Shown here in pieces: positions 22,930 through 38,512 of a stretch of DNA of 64,000 nt. The notes under the pieces are model-generated. The model ran no database searches and had not been told where the DNA came from. It saw nothing but the letters and a program-made list of their open reading frames with translations. Both the position numbers and the translations under genes were made by a program. The stretch comes from Chrysomallon squamiferum (lineage: Eukaryota > Animalia > Mollusca), in the NCBI GenBank assembly GCA_012295275.1, contig CM022670.1:22010001-22074000 (forward strand). Direction: 5' to 3'. Position 1 is the stretch's first letter, and each line of letters begins with the position of its first letter.

Positions 22930-25900
22930 GTAGGAGTTTTATTAACACTTGTTAAATAAATCATTTTAAATATATTCATTTGTTGTTGTCATACAGAATG
23001 TGATAACTTTGCAGTGATGTATTTTATTTTTATTTTGTTTACCATTATCATTAGTCAAAAAATAATGCTGTGCAAATGAATGTGAAAATTGCAGTTTTCA
23101 TTAATTTCTCAGATTTGTTCAAGTACTTTATTATTAACAAAGGTTGGGACTTTAGTCCAGTCTATTGTAAAACATCACATTTTCCAATATTTATTTAGAT
23201 TCTGATTTCACTTTTAGATACTCTTTCATTTGTTTTACAAAAATTTATTAATTCTGAGAGCATGTTTTCTTTTTTTTGGAAACATAAAAATACTTGTTAA
23301 TTTTATTTTTGTAGTTTTTAGCCAAGCTATTTAGTTATCAAACAGGTCCATTAACAATTTCTTAATTCAAATATTCTGAATATCTCAGAAATAGAAAAAA
23401 AAATTATTACAGAAATATATCTCTAGCTACATGAAATTTTATATGAATGATACTACATGTCAAAACTAAGATACCACATTTTGGAATTCATTTTAATGCA
23501 AAAGTTTGAGGAATGGTAAAATGAGACATTTGTTTTATGGTAAATTTCATCACTTGTAAAACTGACCCAAACCTCATGTAATCAATACTTTTCGGTTTGA
23601 CCCAACAGACAGCTTCTTCGGGTATTAAATTGCTGAAAACTTTTTACTTGACTTGTTTCAAAGACATTCAGACTTTTAACTTATGATATTGCTGTGCATG
23701 TTGGAAGTGTTCATGTATTAAATTGCTGAAATGCATTACACGATTTGTTTCAAAGACATGTAAATGTTTTACTGGAGATACCACTGGGCCTGTTATGTAA
23801 TACGTGTATCAGTTTTGTAAATTCCTTCAGAAATGGATCAGACAATTTTGAAAAGTTATCAGACTTGTTGAAAAGCTGCCAGCTCAGAAAATTTTAAGTG
23901 CTCATACAGATCGAGAATGCAGCTGGAGAAGACAAGTTAAATTGTGTTTAAATCAAAACCAACGTGAGACTATTTGAGGTATTTTGAATCACATGTAAAT
24001 TTAAATCTTCCAAGTCAGAATAACGGTTCATGCACTTCGCTTGACACTTAAACACCATCTTGTGCAGTCATTGCCAAGCAAATTTAAAAACATATGGAAC
24101 TGGGTAATATTGTTATTGATCCAAGATTGCTGATTGGTTTGCATGTTGCCTAATTTTCAATGTGTTGTGGGTAAACAGTCAAATACAGTCAAAACTAAAG
24201 ATATTTATTGTGTTTATTTTAATTTTTATTTATCTATTGTTTGATGCAATTAATTTATGGAAATAACCAGAAAGTGTGGGTGTTCTGCCATGTCTATTTT
24301 TTAATAATATTTTTTTGTTAAAAATACACATTTATATACATCATTTTTCAACTGAAATTCACTGTCAGTGAACTGTTTTCACAAACTCATTACATTACTG
24401 CATTACTTTATAATTAGCAAAACAAACAAGCAGGTACAAAGAAAAAGGTTTCTTCTGTAAGAGTCCAGAAATAAATTTAAGCTATATACTGTCACTGAAA
24501 AGCTAATTATTTCATTTCAAATTAATAATTAAAATTTTAATTGTCTTTCATTTAAACAATTTAAATACACATAGCTCTTACAAACTGAAGTTTGTTTTTC
24601 TGTTACTGACTGTAGATATAAAGCTGTTGTTTATTTTGACAAAAGCTCTTCTGAACATCAATAATAACATACACTTAATCACTGGAAACAAGTTACGTGT
24701 TTTATTAGCAGTGTGTGATAGTGTGCCAGCAGTAGGAGGTAAAAAGAATGTTTGCAGTTGCCAAAACACAATCTAGGTGTAGACAGCTGTTTTTTGTAAG
24801 CAGATCTTTGCCATTCTTTTCTTTATATGACTTCAGTTTCTGTCAATTTAAGACATATACACCAAACTGATCATGTAAATTTAGCAGTAACATCGCTCTT
24901 CAACAAATCTGAGACTGTTAATGCAAGTTTTAGAAGTTAGTTTAATAATGGGCTTGCCAGAAGGAAAAATACTATCTACTGAATGAGTATGTTCATTGGG
25001 GAATATGTTGTAGATTCTGCATGTGTATTTCAGATACCTCACTTTTGTTCAGCATCTGTTGTCTGATATTTACATACACACAGCAGTGCAAGAAATATTG
25101 CACATGAATCATTTTAGAGACCACAGCCTTAAAATATGTATCCTCCTTTAGTGACATTTTTCATACTAAGAATCAGATGCAAGTTCATGTCTCATGGTTT
25201 TTTAAAATTATATTTGTCTCTTTAAAAAGATGTTTATAACAGTGAAATCCCCTTTTTTTTTGGTTATGGCTGTCTTATTTGACTTAATAAATCTAACATT
25301 AACAGCACAGTCTTAAATATTGTCATTTTGTTTAGTCTCGTTTTTCAAATTAAGAATCAGATACAAGCTCGTATCTGGTGATTCTTCTTTATACGTCTGT
25401 GTAATGAGATGTCTGTAACAGCGAGGTGACTGGTTTATGTGGCCGTGGCTGTCTCACTTGACTAGCAAACCTGACGTTAACAGCACAGCGTTTTTAACTT
25501 GGTCATGGTAATTACGAAACTAATTAGATGTTTAGCTCATATCGGCCAATTTGGAAGTGGAGCAAATAAAAAATAGTAAATCATTTCACTTTTAATTTGA
25601 CTCGTGTCGGTTTCAAATTTGTTTAAACAGAGCGGAGCGTAGTTAAACTTGACAATTTTATCACAGTTGTGTGTTCATGCATTTTTTTTCTCTCTCTGAG
25701 CGACATTTTTTTTTTTTTTTTTTTTTTTTATTATAAGAAGATTTTGAAAAAGGAGGAGGTCAGACAAGTTGTTTTGTCGTATTACATTGGTAAAGATTTG
25801 TTACTAAAAAAAAAAAAAAACACCATGATCCTTCATGAATAAATCTTGGCAAGTCTTTTCATGATTATAAAGATGCACAGTGTGTGTCAATGGAGCTGAG

Positions 25901-27960
25901 TCTGTGCTCATTGATAATATGTTAATTCGGTTTTCTTTTCAGCACCCTGACAAGATACCACATGCTTTTAAATAACTTAGCCAAAAATATTTGAATTATG
26001 TGTTCGAAAATTTTAATGAAAAAATTTGTCTTCCACAGAGGTCATACAGTAAATGTAGTAATAAGCTTAGCCAGCAAAAACATGTACAGTTTGTTAGAAT
26101 GAATTTTATTCCTTTGGTTTTTTTAATAATGTAGCTGAAAATATTTAAATAATGTGTTTGAAAACTTTAATATAGAAAAAGGTTCTATTCATGAAGGTCA
26201 TACAGCATAACATATTTGTTTTGCTAGGAAGGAATTCACTCATTGCTTTTAAACAACTTGGCAGATGGGAAATGTTTAAGTAATGTATTTGAAAAATTTA
26301 ACAAAAAGATGTGTTCACACAGAGATCATATGACAGAAATTAATAAGCAGAGTTTGCAATAACATAATATAGCTATTTTGTTAGCACAGAGTTTGTTCTT
26401 TGCTTTTAAATAACTTAGCAGAAAATATTTAAATAATGTATTAGAAAACTTTTAATAAGAAAGATCTTTTCACATAAAGGTCATGGAATATATATTAATA
26501 AGCATTGTTTGCAGTAATATAATATTATTTTATTATCATGGGTTTGATTTCTTCCAAAAACTGTATTGAAGACATGTTATCACAAAACAGAGTTGAAACT
26601 TTTATAAAATACTGTTTCTAATGTTCACTGTTCTTAAACTGTAACAAATATATTTTATCAAATCGAGACAGGTGCTATAGAAAAACAGAAAATAAAGTAC
26701 TGATGTGGAGTCCAGTTTCAGTCTCTTTGACATATTTACAACTCTTTGTTAATAGCTCAGAGATTCCACTTGCCGTTAATACAAACATTACGCACTTAGC
26801 AAAACATATCTTCATCTTCAAGTACTGAAGTCATGCAAATGAGCTTTTACCCTAAAAATACTGTTATATCATTTACGTTTATTTTCCGTTTTTGTTGATC
26901 CATCTCACCAGTGGCATTTAAATTTAGACATGATTTCATTTTAATGACCCTTAATCATGCTGATATGCAATGCAGCACAGTTTAAGATTTTCAATTTGAG
27001 TTATTAATTTAAAACGTGCTGACATCTGCTAAAGATGGAGATTTTAACGTAATGAACAATCTTTGGACTCACAATGCATTGAGGTTTTTTTTTTTAAAAT
27101 GGTGTGAATGGTTGATCAGATGATGTCTTACTTATGCTGTTTTTTGGAACCATGGTTTAACTCTACACCATCAGAATTTTCCAAATGAGTAAAAGCTGAA
27201 CTACTTAAATATCCAGTATCAGCCCATGTTCTTTGATCACAGACCACCAAGCTAGGAATCTCGGTTTTAATAATAAATCTAACCTGTACAGTGTAAGAAA
27301 CTTAATTGTATATTGTCACATTGTATATTACATGTATATTGTCACTGAGTATATATATACCAATTTTAAATTATATTAAATAAATAGTCAATATAGCTTA
27401 AGTTATTATTTTTCTTGAACATACGTTTAAATCATTAAAAATTACATCTTTGGGGAAGATGCTGATGAAAGTTAATAATTTAAAGTTAATAATAATAGTA
27501 ATAATAATAATAATATAATAATAATAACAAAAGTAGTATTAATAATAGTAATGATAATAATAATAGTAATAATAATAACAGTAAAATAATAATAATAGTA
27601 ATAATAATATAATAATAACAACAACAACAACAATAATAATATTTAAAGTTTTATTTTATTGTTATTTTTATTATTTTATGATTATGCAGGAATAACAAGA
27701 TGTTATTAAAGATGAATGTTTTATTCACTGTATGAGCCCACTGAACTGAATTCCTTTCAGTGTACATTTCTGTGCAGCATGAGCTAGGTAATTCTGTGTA
27801 GGTGTGGTTGACACGGACTGGTGTATGCAAATGTCTACCAGATGACTTTGTGTGTACTTTTTTTTTTATCTACTGGGAATCCGTCATTAACTATATATAA
27901 ATAAGTGTGTATACATGTATATATATGTGTGTATGTGTATATATGTGTGTGTGTGTGTGT

Positions 27961-27998
<38 letters not shown>

Positions 27999-28323
27999 TG
28001 TGTATGTGTATACACACATGCATACACACACATGCACACATACACACTTACATATACATAATTATGTTTCCAGATTAATAAATCAAAGAGAGCAGAAATG
28101 TTAATAAATATTTTTTCACCAATGGCCCAAGAATAACTTGAACTCTTTTCCATATGCTATTTCTTTTTATATAGTAGTTAATGATAGAAGACATTGCAGA
28201 AGTATTTTGGTAAACATCCAGAAATGTTTACTTTTTTGTAATTAATAAATTACTTTTTTACAAAATAGTTAAAAAATATATTTAAAAAATGTAAGCTAAT
28301 GTCATCTGAGTACAATTTTAAGA

Positions 28324-28357
<34 letters not shown>

Positions 28358-31300
28358 ACAAATGACATGTATTGCAGGTAAATAACTTGAATTAATTTGT
28401 TTGAAACTAAACACTTAAAATATTACAGAAACTTTGTAAAAAGTATTTTATATATAAGTATGTAAATTACTTTTTTGAAGTAATTAAGCTGTTATATAAT
28501 TTGCTTTTTTTTTTGATTTATCAGAATGCATTTGCTTATATGAAAAATTATTTGTATTATTAAAATTTTGCAAAAACTTTATATTTTCTTTTTTTCTTTT
28601 CTTTTTAACAATTAAGCCCTTAAAGGAAAAAAAGTAAGTTATATCATTGTTTTGTTCTTTTGTTGTTATTTTTATTATCTTTTTAAATTTTGTTTTGTTT
28701 TGTTTTTTAATATTTTGCACAAGTTGTTTTGGTTTTTTTTATCTGCTGCACTTAAAACTAATATTTCATCAAAACATTTTGTAAAAAATCAGTATTCTTG
28801 AAAATGCTGTCATGTTGTTGTTTTTTTATACACATTTGTATATGTAACTTTAACATACACTGTATATTAATGAATAAATTAAATAAATATTAAAAAGATT
28901 ATTTTTAATTTACTGTTCAAGACACTAAACTCTGACATCTAGCAGTTGAAATATGAAATATTTTGGTAAAAAAAAAACCATTTAACCGAGAATTATAAAT
29001 AATTTTGCATTTACCAAAAGATTTTTTTTTTCTTACAAGATTATATATTTTTTTCAATAATTGGTATTTAAGTGTTATTTATTAGATGTTCAAAAATGCT
29101 TTGTTATTAAAAACAGAACAGTAACAAGAAACAGCAGTATGTTTCATGTATGACCCCCTGGGGAAACCACCATCAAGATTTTCTCATGTGTGAAAATGAC
29201 CTATTTGGGAAATAAATAAACAAATAAATAAATAAATAAATAAGTTACATTTTTTTCATTTTTTGAATTATTTTCATTATATTAAAAATTTCTTGACATC
29301 CATGTCACAGGTTAACAGTTAAAGAAAATCTAATATTTACAATTCATAGTGATAAAAAGTAAATGAATTAGTTCATAGAGCAGCAAGACATTTTAAATTT
29401 AAAAAATAATAATGTTGGTATTTATTTTGTTTTTTCAAGTCTTATAATGTAAATGGTACTAATTGTTAATAAAACAAATTTGATGCACGTGTGAATTTTT
29501 TGCGTGTTTATCATCAAATATCTATGAATTAATTTTTATTTTCTTTGTTAATATTCTGTAAAACTCGTGAAACATTTTCAAACATGTTAACTTATTTTTT
29601 TGCCTTTTAATAGTTTCTGAGAAAAATGTATTTAAATTTATTTTGGTTAGTTTAAAAATATCACACATCAGATTAGTTATCTTCTCTCAGATCATTTCAA
29701 CTTTTTAAGAGTTTGCAAAAATTTTTGAAACTTTATCTTTCTCTGCTGTTACAACAAGGAAAATAATTTAATATAAAACTTTCAGAAATGTTTAGTTTTT
29801 AAAAACGTTCGATGTTGAATTAGATTTTGATGTAAAACTGGATGTCAAGCAGGATGCTGTGTTAGTCAGACTGTCAGTATTTGTTGTGTCAGTTCTGTTG
29901 TGTTGTGTTGTGAAAACTTGGTGTTTAAAGTTGACAACAGAAGTCTTGGTGTTGACAACAACACTCTGGTGTCTGTTCCAAGTGCCAAGCTGTAACCTAC
30001 GTGAACATAATGTAACAGATACGTGCCAACATTGTCAGGCATTTGGGTGTCAGCTACAATGTACGTTGCAAGTGTTTACATACTCACTTTTTATTAATAT
30101 AACTTGACATTTTACTTTCTGTGGCTCATTCCCTTTCACTGGGTGGAAAGTGAGAAAACTGTAAATATCTTGATACCTTTCATCTGAGTGTAATATTGAG
30201 ATGAGCACAGGGCATTTAATCTGGGGGAAAATAAACACGATAAAAATAATGTAAACAGCAGTTTGTCCTCTTTGGTTTGTTTACTTCGCATAGATTAAAA
30301 GTAATTTCATCATCCAAAATTACTTTGAGATTTAATTTGAAATGATTAGTAATTAAACTGTATTAGTAATTTGGGTTTTATGATATCCTTTGAATTTCTT
30401 TTATCAAATTTCTTCAAACTGAAGACATGAGGAGAGTGCTGACTTTAGGATAAAACATTCTCACTGTTCCCCTTTTTCCTGTTCTAACTAGTTTATCAAA
30501 TATCATGCTATGTTTTATTATTACTCAGACAATATGCAAAAAGAGGATTTCTAAGCAGCTGATTGAAATATGTAGCAAATCTACTCTGAATGCTTCTTGT
30601 CATAAAAATAAAATATTATTTACATATTCAGAAGTTGATGATAGAAGCTTTTTCATATTCAAACAAAGCAAATGTTTCTGACTTTCCAAAAAAGTTATCT
30701 TCTAAACTTAACAATTTAGTTAGTTTAACTACATGGTTTTATCAAAACTTCGTGGATGGCTTAGTAACTTATTAAAAAAAACTGAAATAGTCATAGATAT
30801 AAACAGAATGAAAAAAATATATATTAAAAAAATAATAATAAAAATAAAATAAAAAATAAAAATATATTAAATTTTAAATTAAATTCAAATGCATTTCTCT
30901 TTTCTAGAACAATTTTCAAAACTATACTTAATGATTTATCTGCTACACATGTCTAGCTTAAGTTAACGTAAATTATGTAAGCTGCCTGTGCATTGTTAAC
31001 TTAATAAATTTAATCTTGATATCACAAATTTAAATGCTCTTATTAGACAAGCTCTATCCTTGCATTTCTTATCTATCAAAAACTTCACAGTCTCAATAAA
31101 AACCCAATGTGTTGGTTAGCTGATTAATGTTACAATCGGTGTCATCGGTTTGTAACACGGATTTGAAGGGCCTCAGTTCGGAAGATCTGTTTTGAAACTG
31201 TACCCCATTTTCTTTATTCTCTTTCACAGAGGGATTACTTATGTTATTGATGGTATCGTGTTGTAGCTTCTCCCATCATGGAATTAAAACTGCTTACCAG

Positions 31301-32620
31301 TCACACTGAGCTGTTGAGTGGAGGCATTATTTCACCCCTGTGTGTGTGCGATATTTAAAAAAAAAAAAATTAAAAAAAAAAAAGATCTTTTTACCCCTGC
31401 TCGCTGAGGTGTGACCGGTCAGGTATCATTTACTCTGTAATTTATAAATTATATCAGCTGTGAAGCACCGTGGTTTTACAAGGAAATGTTTGTCGTCTGA
31501 TATAACTGGTGTACTTGTTAAGCATCCAGTGCCTGCTCTCCTGACATGGACCAGACGGTCACACAGAAAAACACGTCTCCTCAAAGACCCACCAGACTGA
31601 GGAGATTTGTTTGTTTTATTTTGAACTTGTGTTATAAATAGATCTCCTCAACTGCAGATCTGCTTCACTGAGTTACTGCAGCGTACAGAAATAAACAGAA
31701 TAAAAAGTAACATAACAAAAAGAACATACAAATGTTAATAATGGCTGAAGTATTTTGCAGATGTGTATTTTTTTTTCTTTAATGTTTAAAAAAAATAACT
31801 ATTAAATGCTTTTTAGATTTTATTATATTATTTATTCATGTACTGTAATTAAATTTGAATATATGAAATAATAAGGTATTTGACATTTGATAAAAATAAG
31901 TTTTACAAAATTGTCCTATTTTTTTTCTTTCTGCTTGCTGTATTTATGTATTTTGTTGTTGTTGCAAACCTTTGTCAGAAGAATGAATTAGAATTTCACA
32001 GTATGTTTTGTAGCAATAATAAGGAGGCTATTGCTGCTGTTGAGTCTATTTTCCACTTAAAATTTTAAATAATAAAAACAAATTAAAAAAACAGTTTTTG
32101 CCTATGAAAAGATAAACTGACATTGACAAAGAATGTAACTTTTAGAATATATGTAAGAGAATTATATCCAAACATAAAAAAGAATTTTATTATATTTTCC
32201 TCCAACTTTTCATGTAACATAGATCTTTCTAGCAGGTCTTTTGAAAAACATATTTTCATAATTAGCTGGCAGAATTTTATTGGTTAAATGTACTAAGATA
32301 TATCACTGATTAGTTACAGAAAAGCTCATGCAATAGGTTTTTGCTGATTATTTTAAGATGTATACAATTATAAAATCAACATTTTTTACTGAGATATCAT
32401 CTCACTGGTAGATATTTTGTGCTAGAACTGATAATAAAGAATGAACTAAATCACTGACACTATGGTTTCATCATCATCTGTTCTTTGATAAATTGTTTAT
32501 AAATAATTCAGCTTTCACTTTCTTTATTCTTTTGTTTTTTCCACCATCACCAACATACATACTCCCTTGGACACCAACATCATGTACAAAATAATATCTA
32601 CAATTTCTCGTGTAAGTTTC

Positions 32621-32672
<52 letters not shown>

Positions 32673-33900
32673 GAGAGAGATAGTGTATTTATAATGAGCT
32701 GTCATAATGCAGCTGCTATTTTCAATGTTTTATTTGAACATACATAAAATCACAGACCACAAAAGTAATATGATGTCCCAGCTGGCAGCATATATTAAAA
32801 AGTACAAATAACAAACTGATTCAGCAAAAAAAAAAAGTATAGTGTGCAGTGTTTGAAAGGTTTTTGTTCAGATTTGTTGTTGTATTAGAGACAGGCTGCA
32901 TCTAGTCATTAATGAACACTTGTATCATGTGACTGTCAGTCAGACCTCACCCCATGTCACACCTCTAATCTCATCATCTGTCACCCTGGTGTAATGTAGC
33001 AGACACTGGTGTAAGTGTGTGTGTGAGATTACCAGTATCAGTCACATAACAACAGTTAATTAATTATCTTGTAATTAATTGTCCATAGTTTTTATTTAGG
33101 TCTCGTTTTTGTTTTGCCTAAGTATGATAATCTTAGAAAGATAAATTACTGAGTTGCTAGGGGTTTTCTTGAGAGTTTAACTATAAAGTTTTTTTTAATA
33201 TTTTATTGTGATCTCAATGCTAAGTAATTTAACTATATATGTGTTAAGCTTTTGTACATTAATCTCTATGGCAAGTAACTTAAATATTAAGTTTTCACAT
33301 TTTAAATAATATATCTCAATAAAAAATAATTTGAATATAAAGTTTTTACATTTTTGTTTATATCATAATCTCTGTGTTAAGTAATTTAAATACAAACTTT
33401 TTACATTATATAATAATCTCTCTGGCAAATATCTTAAATATAAAACTTTTATGGTTTATATATAATCCCTGCATTAATTAATTTAAATATTATGTTTTTA
33501 TATTTTAATTTATATCATAATCTCTTTGAGATAAGTAATTTAAATATAAGCTTTTCCATTCTAAGGTATATTATACTCTGTACCTGAGTAACACAGTTTA
33601 AATTACTTTTTCTTGTTCTGGTGTTTTTTTTATTTAGATAAACAAGCTGATTTGTTTCAGGCCGTTTAACTGATAACAGAGAATAATGTTGGTGTCCTCC
33701 CTTAATATATCTTACAGTGAAAACTGGGTCCCAGTAAAACTCATTCAGCTTTACCAGTTGTTATGTTCTGTACACAGATGCATGTAAATTTTAAACATTA
33801 AACAAACACAGAATAATGTAAAGTGAAATGTAAATATTTCAAACACACAAGATCTGTAAATACAGTACATAATTACCTAAGTATTTTCTGTGCAGTATTT

Positions 33901-33938
<38 letters not shown>

Positions 33939-33997
33939 AAGTTGCTGTTTCAGTCATCTGTACACAAAAAAAGGCTGAATGTTTTTCATTGAATGAT

Positions 33998-34028
<31 letters not shown>

Positions 34029-36766
34029 TCCAAGTAAAAACATTGGTTGTTTGGGTTCTGTTTTTCTAAATTTAATATTTCATTGTCTTCAGGCAAAATG
34101 GCTTGTCCTTTGTTTATATAGATTGACTGTCTGTATGTTGTTAATACTATGTTTTTTGATTGTGTGTGCAGTGTTTGTGTATGTTACCTACATATTGTGA
34201 GCAATGAGAAAAAAAAAAAAGATGTAATGAAACATACAGAGACATTTTACTTGTGTTCCTTGACTAATCATTTGAAGTGTTTAGGTAAGTGAAAAAAATA
34301 AAAATAAATCGTTATGGAAAATTACCAACACATGTGTTCCAAGGTTTCTTAACATGTTATTTTTTTTTTTTTTTTTTTTTGATTTTACACTTGTTTACTG
34401 TCTTTAACCATTTTAACATTCTGTTTGAAATTTCCCTCCCACAACAAATAAAACCAGTTTTATCAGTTTGTTTATATTTTCTTTTCTGATGCAGGAAGCA
34501 GTGCAGTAAGATTCCAAAAGAAAAAATGTAACAGCAAAGTGAAAAAGAATTGTTTATAACACTGTTTGTGTTTAGTTTGGTATAATTCTAGTGACATTAA
34601 CAATGAAATAACAAAATGTTAAAATTATTTTTAAATCCCCCAAAATAACTGATTTAAAAAAAAAAAAAATAATAATAAACGTACCTGTTCTTTAAAAAAA
34701 ACACTCTACTTATAGGATGTACTTTCAGAAATAGCCAATCACACGCAAGACATGCCATAAACTTCAGGTTTAAAACTAACACATAAACAGCAACTTAATT
34801 ACAATATATCAGATCAAAGAAGCGATTAACCAATTTCAGCTAGTTTTAGGAGAAAAAAAAAATGAAAATTTTTCTGAAATATAGTGCCCACACAGTGAAA
34901 GTTACAAAACAATACTACCAAACAAACTGATTATTCAAACAGTGGTGCAGTGATTAATGTCCTAAAATATCAGTGTGTGTGTGTGTGTGTTTCAGTAGAT
35001 CAAAAAGTAAAGTGTTTTAAAGCTGATACAGGTTATTTCTGTCTTCAGCTGTTAATTTTCGTCAGAGATTTTTTATTGTATCTTTTGTTTAACCTGGAAT
35101 AAGACAGATATGATCTGTTAAGTGTGCTGAGTTGAAATTAAAATGTTGAAATTGAAAGATGTTATGAAATAATTTAAATTCAATAACAGCCATCTTTCTG
35201 TGACTGTTAAACAGCTTATATATATATATTAATATGTTTGACACAGTTTGAAATTTGTTTAAAATGAACATTAAGGTATAAAACTATATGTTGTCAGTTT
35301 TGTTAGTGATGTCTTTTTTTGTATATTTCAATATTCTTTGATTCCTTTTTTAAACTTACAAATACTTCAGTTAAACTGAAGTTTCTATATTGGTTTCTTT
35401 TCAACATTTTGGATATTTCCACTATTGCATTGTTTATATGTATATGTGTTTTCTGAAAAAAATAAACATACTGGTAGTAATAAATTATCAATAAATTTAT
35501 TTTACACACTATACCTCCAACGTTGAACACCATAACTGTAGTTTTAATATTTGTTAATGAAACTTAGTATGTCTATTATTACATTTTATAATTTTATCAA
35601 TTTGCAATGTTTATATATATATAAAAAAAACTATAAAAAAAGCAACAAAAACAAGAAAAAAGGTATAAAAGTAAAAAAAACAAACAAAAAAACATTAAAA
35701 TTTCATGAGATATTTAATTTTTGTTTTAATCTGTTGCAGGAGACATTAACAGAGGCCAGATAGAGTACAAACTGAAACTTGGAGAGAATTCAACAAGTGA
35801 TAGTTTTTTTTTCAAAATCTCTGACAAAGGTAAGCAATAAATAATGGTTATTTCAATTTTAAAAACACTTACATTTTTAGAAAGTTACAAGAGCAAAAAA
35901 AAAAAAAAAAATTATATATATTTATTTACAGACTCAGGTGCACATCTGATGTTAAATATAAAACCATTGTTTCAAAATGGACTGATATTAAATGTTACAA
36001 CAGCAGCTGTGTATAACTCAGACCATTCTTATCAGTGCTCCTACCCAAGTTGTATAATTTCAATACAATTTTTAATAGTTTTCTGACCTGTTTTTTTTTT
36101 TAGCTGTGTTATCATCACAGTCAGTCTCACTGTTCAGATTACTGTGTTTTTGATTTGATAGCTGGACAATGGCTTTGGTGAGCACACCAGTGAACTCAGA
36201 GTGTGTGTGTGTGTGTGTGTTGTATGTGTTTATGCCATTGTTGTTAATAATTTTGTGTGTCACTGGATGTTAACTGATGTAGAAACTTTGTGTTATTCAG
36301 AAGCAGAGAGATAAAAGGAAAAATTTTAAAATTAAGTATCATACATCAGTAGGTATCATACACCTCAGTAAAGATTGTACATATCAGTTAATATCATACA
36401 AAGCAGTTAGCATAGATATTAGCAAACATCATATCAGTAAGGATCATATATATGGATATCAGCAAGGATCATACTTTTTTCATTCTCTGTATTAGGATAT
36501 ATCAAATAATTTTTAAAATAATTTTTATATATTTTTAAGCAAACAAAGAATATATTAGTAAACATACTACAAAGCAGTAAACATGGATATTAGCAAAGAT
36601 TATATCAGTAAGGATCATATATATTTGTAAGGATCAAATATCTGTAAGGTTCATGGATATCTGTAAGGATCACATACATACATACACATATTTATATATA
36701 TATATGTATTTATGTAAGGTTCATGGATATCTGTAAGGATCACATACATACATACACACACATGTT

Positions 36767-36797
<31 letters not shown>

Positions 36798-37585
36798 TTA
36801 TGTACGGTTCTAAGGATCATAGATACTAGAAAGGATCATAGATGTATAGAGATATCAGCAAGAATTATTTGCATATCAGTAAGGACAGCAGTAAAAGATA
36901 TCTTAGATATCTTATATACACCATGTCATAACCAGTTATGAAGTACTTAAACATTCTCAGGTGTGCAGCCAAATGTTGTTTATTTGAAAACTCTCAAAAG
37001 AGTCATGATTCCCAGAGAGATATGAGTTAACAGCACTTACAAGATAAAAGAGTAAGAGTCAGTTAATTTGACGCCATGTAAAAACAACTTTTACCGAGCA
37101 GAGTAAGCAGTTAGTTACTTGTGTCAGTTATTATTTACAGTTATGTCATCCTAAAGCTATTTTCAAGGCAGATTTCTTTGGGATGGTTGTTTTTTTTTTT
37201 TTTGAGACATTTAAAGAAGAAGTTTTGAAATACATTTATATATTTTTTTAAACTTAGAAGATAAGTCTTATTCAAAATAACTTTCAAAATGTCAAAAGTA
37301 AATTTTTGTAAATTTTATTGTTGAAAATTTTGTTTATTTTGTTTTACTACAGAATCAAAAACAGTATTAATGGGGAGAAAAAATCTATAGGTGATTTGAA
37401 TTTAATTTTTTTTTTTTTTTTTTTTTTTTACTGAAGAGCAAGAAGGCAATATAAATTTCTTACTATTAAAAACAAATTAAAATTAAAAAAAAAAATTATT
37501 ATTATTATTAGCAGCAGTAATATAATTGTTATTATAATTATTACTTTAAATTTTTTTTTTTTATTAATTTATACATCTATTTATT

Positions 37586-37616
<31 letters not shown>

Positions 37617-38474
37617 TATTTTGCGTTGTTTGTTTTTTTGGTTTTTTTAGGGGATTTTCTTCTTCTTCTTCTTCTTCTTCTCTTTTTTTACTACATTTTC
37701 AAAAAAAACAACAACTAAGTAACAGAAATACATTGTGAAAGGTGAAATAATACCTGAAGCTGGTTTCCCTTAAATCACATACCTGTAAACAAATATTGAG
37801 TAACGTACATAATTATTGTTCTGCCGTGTTCTCCTGCACTCTGTGTTCTCTTTGTAATCCTCAAGCTTGTGCAGAGTTCCTACAGCAGACATTTTTTCCT
37901 GTCATTGTCTTACAAGTAAAAATAGAAACTCTTGGCCTTTCTCCAGTTGCTTGGAATTTCTTCGTGTTGGAGCCTCACAGACAAACATGCTGATGGATCA
38001 GATTTTTTTTTATGCAAACAAAATGAAATAAAGAGTTGAAAATCTTTCCTTTTTTTTTCCCCATCCTGATCATTTTTTAAACTGTTTTCTTAGGTGAAAA
38101 TTTCTCCTCAAACAAAAGAAATGTTGGCTTTGTATAGAGCCAGAAGGTTTTGGTAGTTTCTTAATGTTAATTTGAAAGTTAGATTTACTTTTTTGATTCT
38201 CTGCATTAGGATATATAAAATAATTTTTAAAATAATTTTTATATATTATTTTTTAAAGCAAACAAAGAATATTGATAGTTTCCAGTTACATTATAATCAG
38301 TCTGAATATATATATATATTTTTTTTTTAAATTAAAAACAAAAACTGTTGATGGATTCCAGTTATAATATAACCAAAATATAATGTGAAATAATTTTAAT
38401 TTTTTATATTTTTTTAAAAGAAAGTCTTTTGATGCTTTGCAATTACATTATAACCAAAGACCGATATACGAAAT

Positions 38475-38512
<38 letters not shown>

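Noticed and set aside
23575-23625. Hammerhead-like text on the - strand (ccgaaga...ccgaaa)
   Set aside because: The core deviates from CUGANGA and I could not form convincing stems I-III; an Infernal search would settle it
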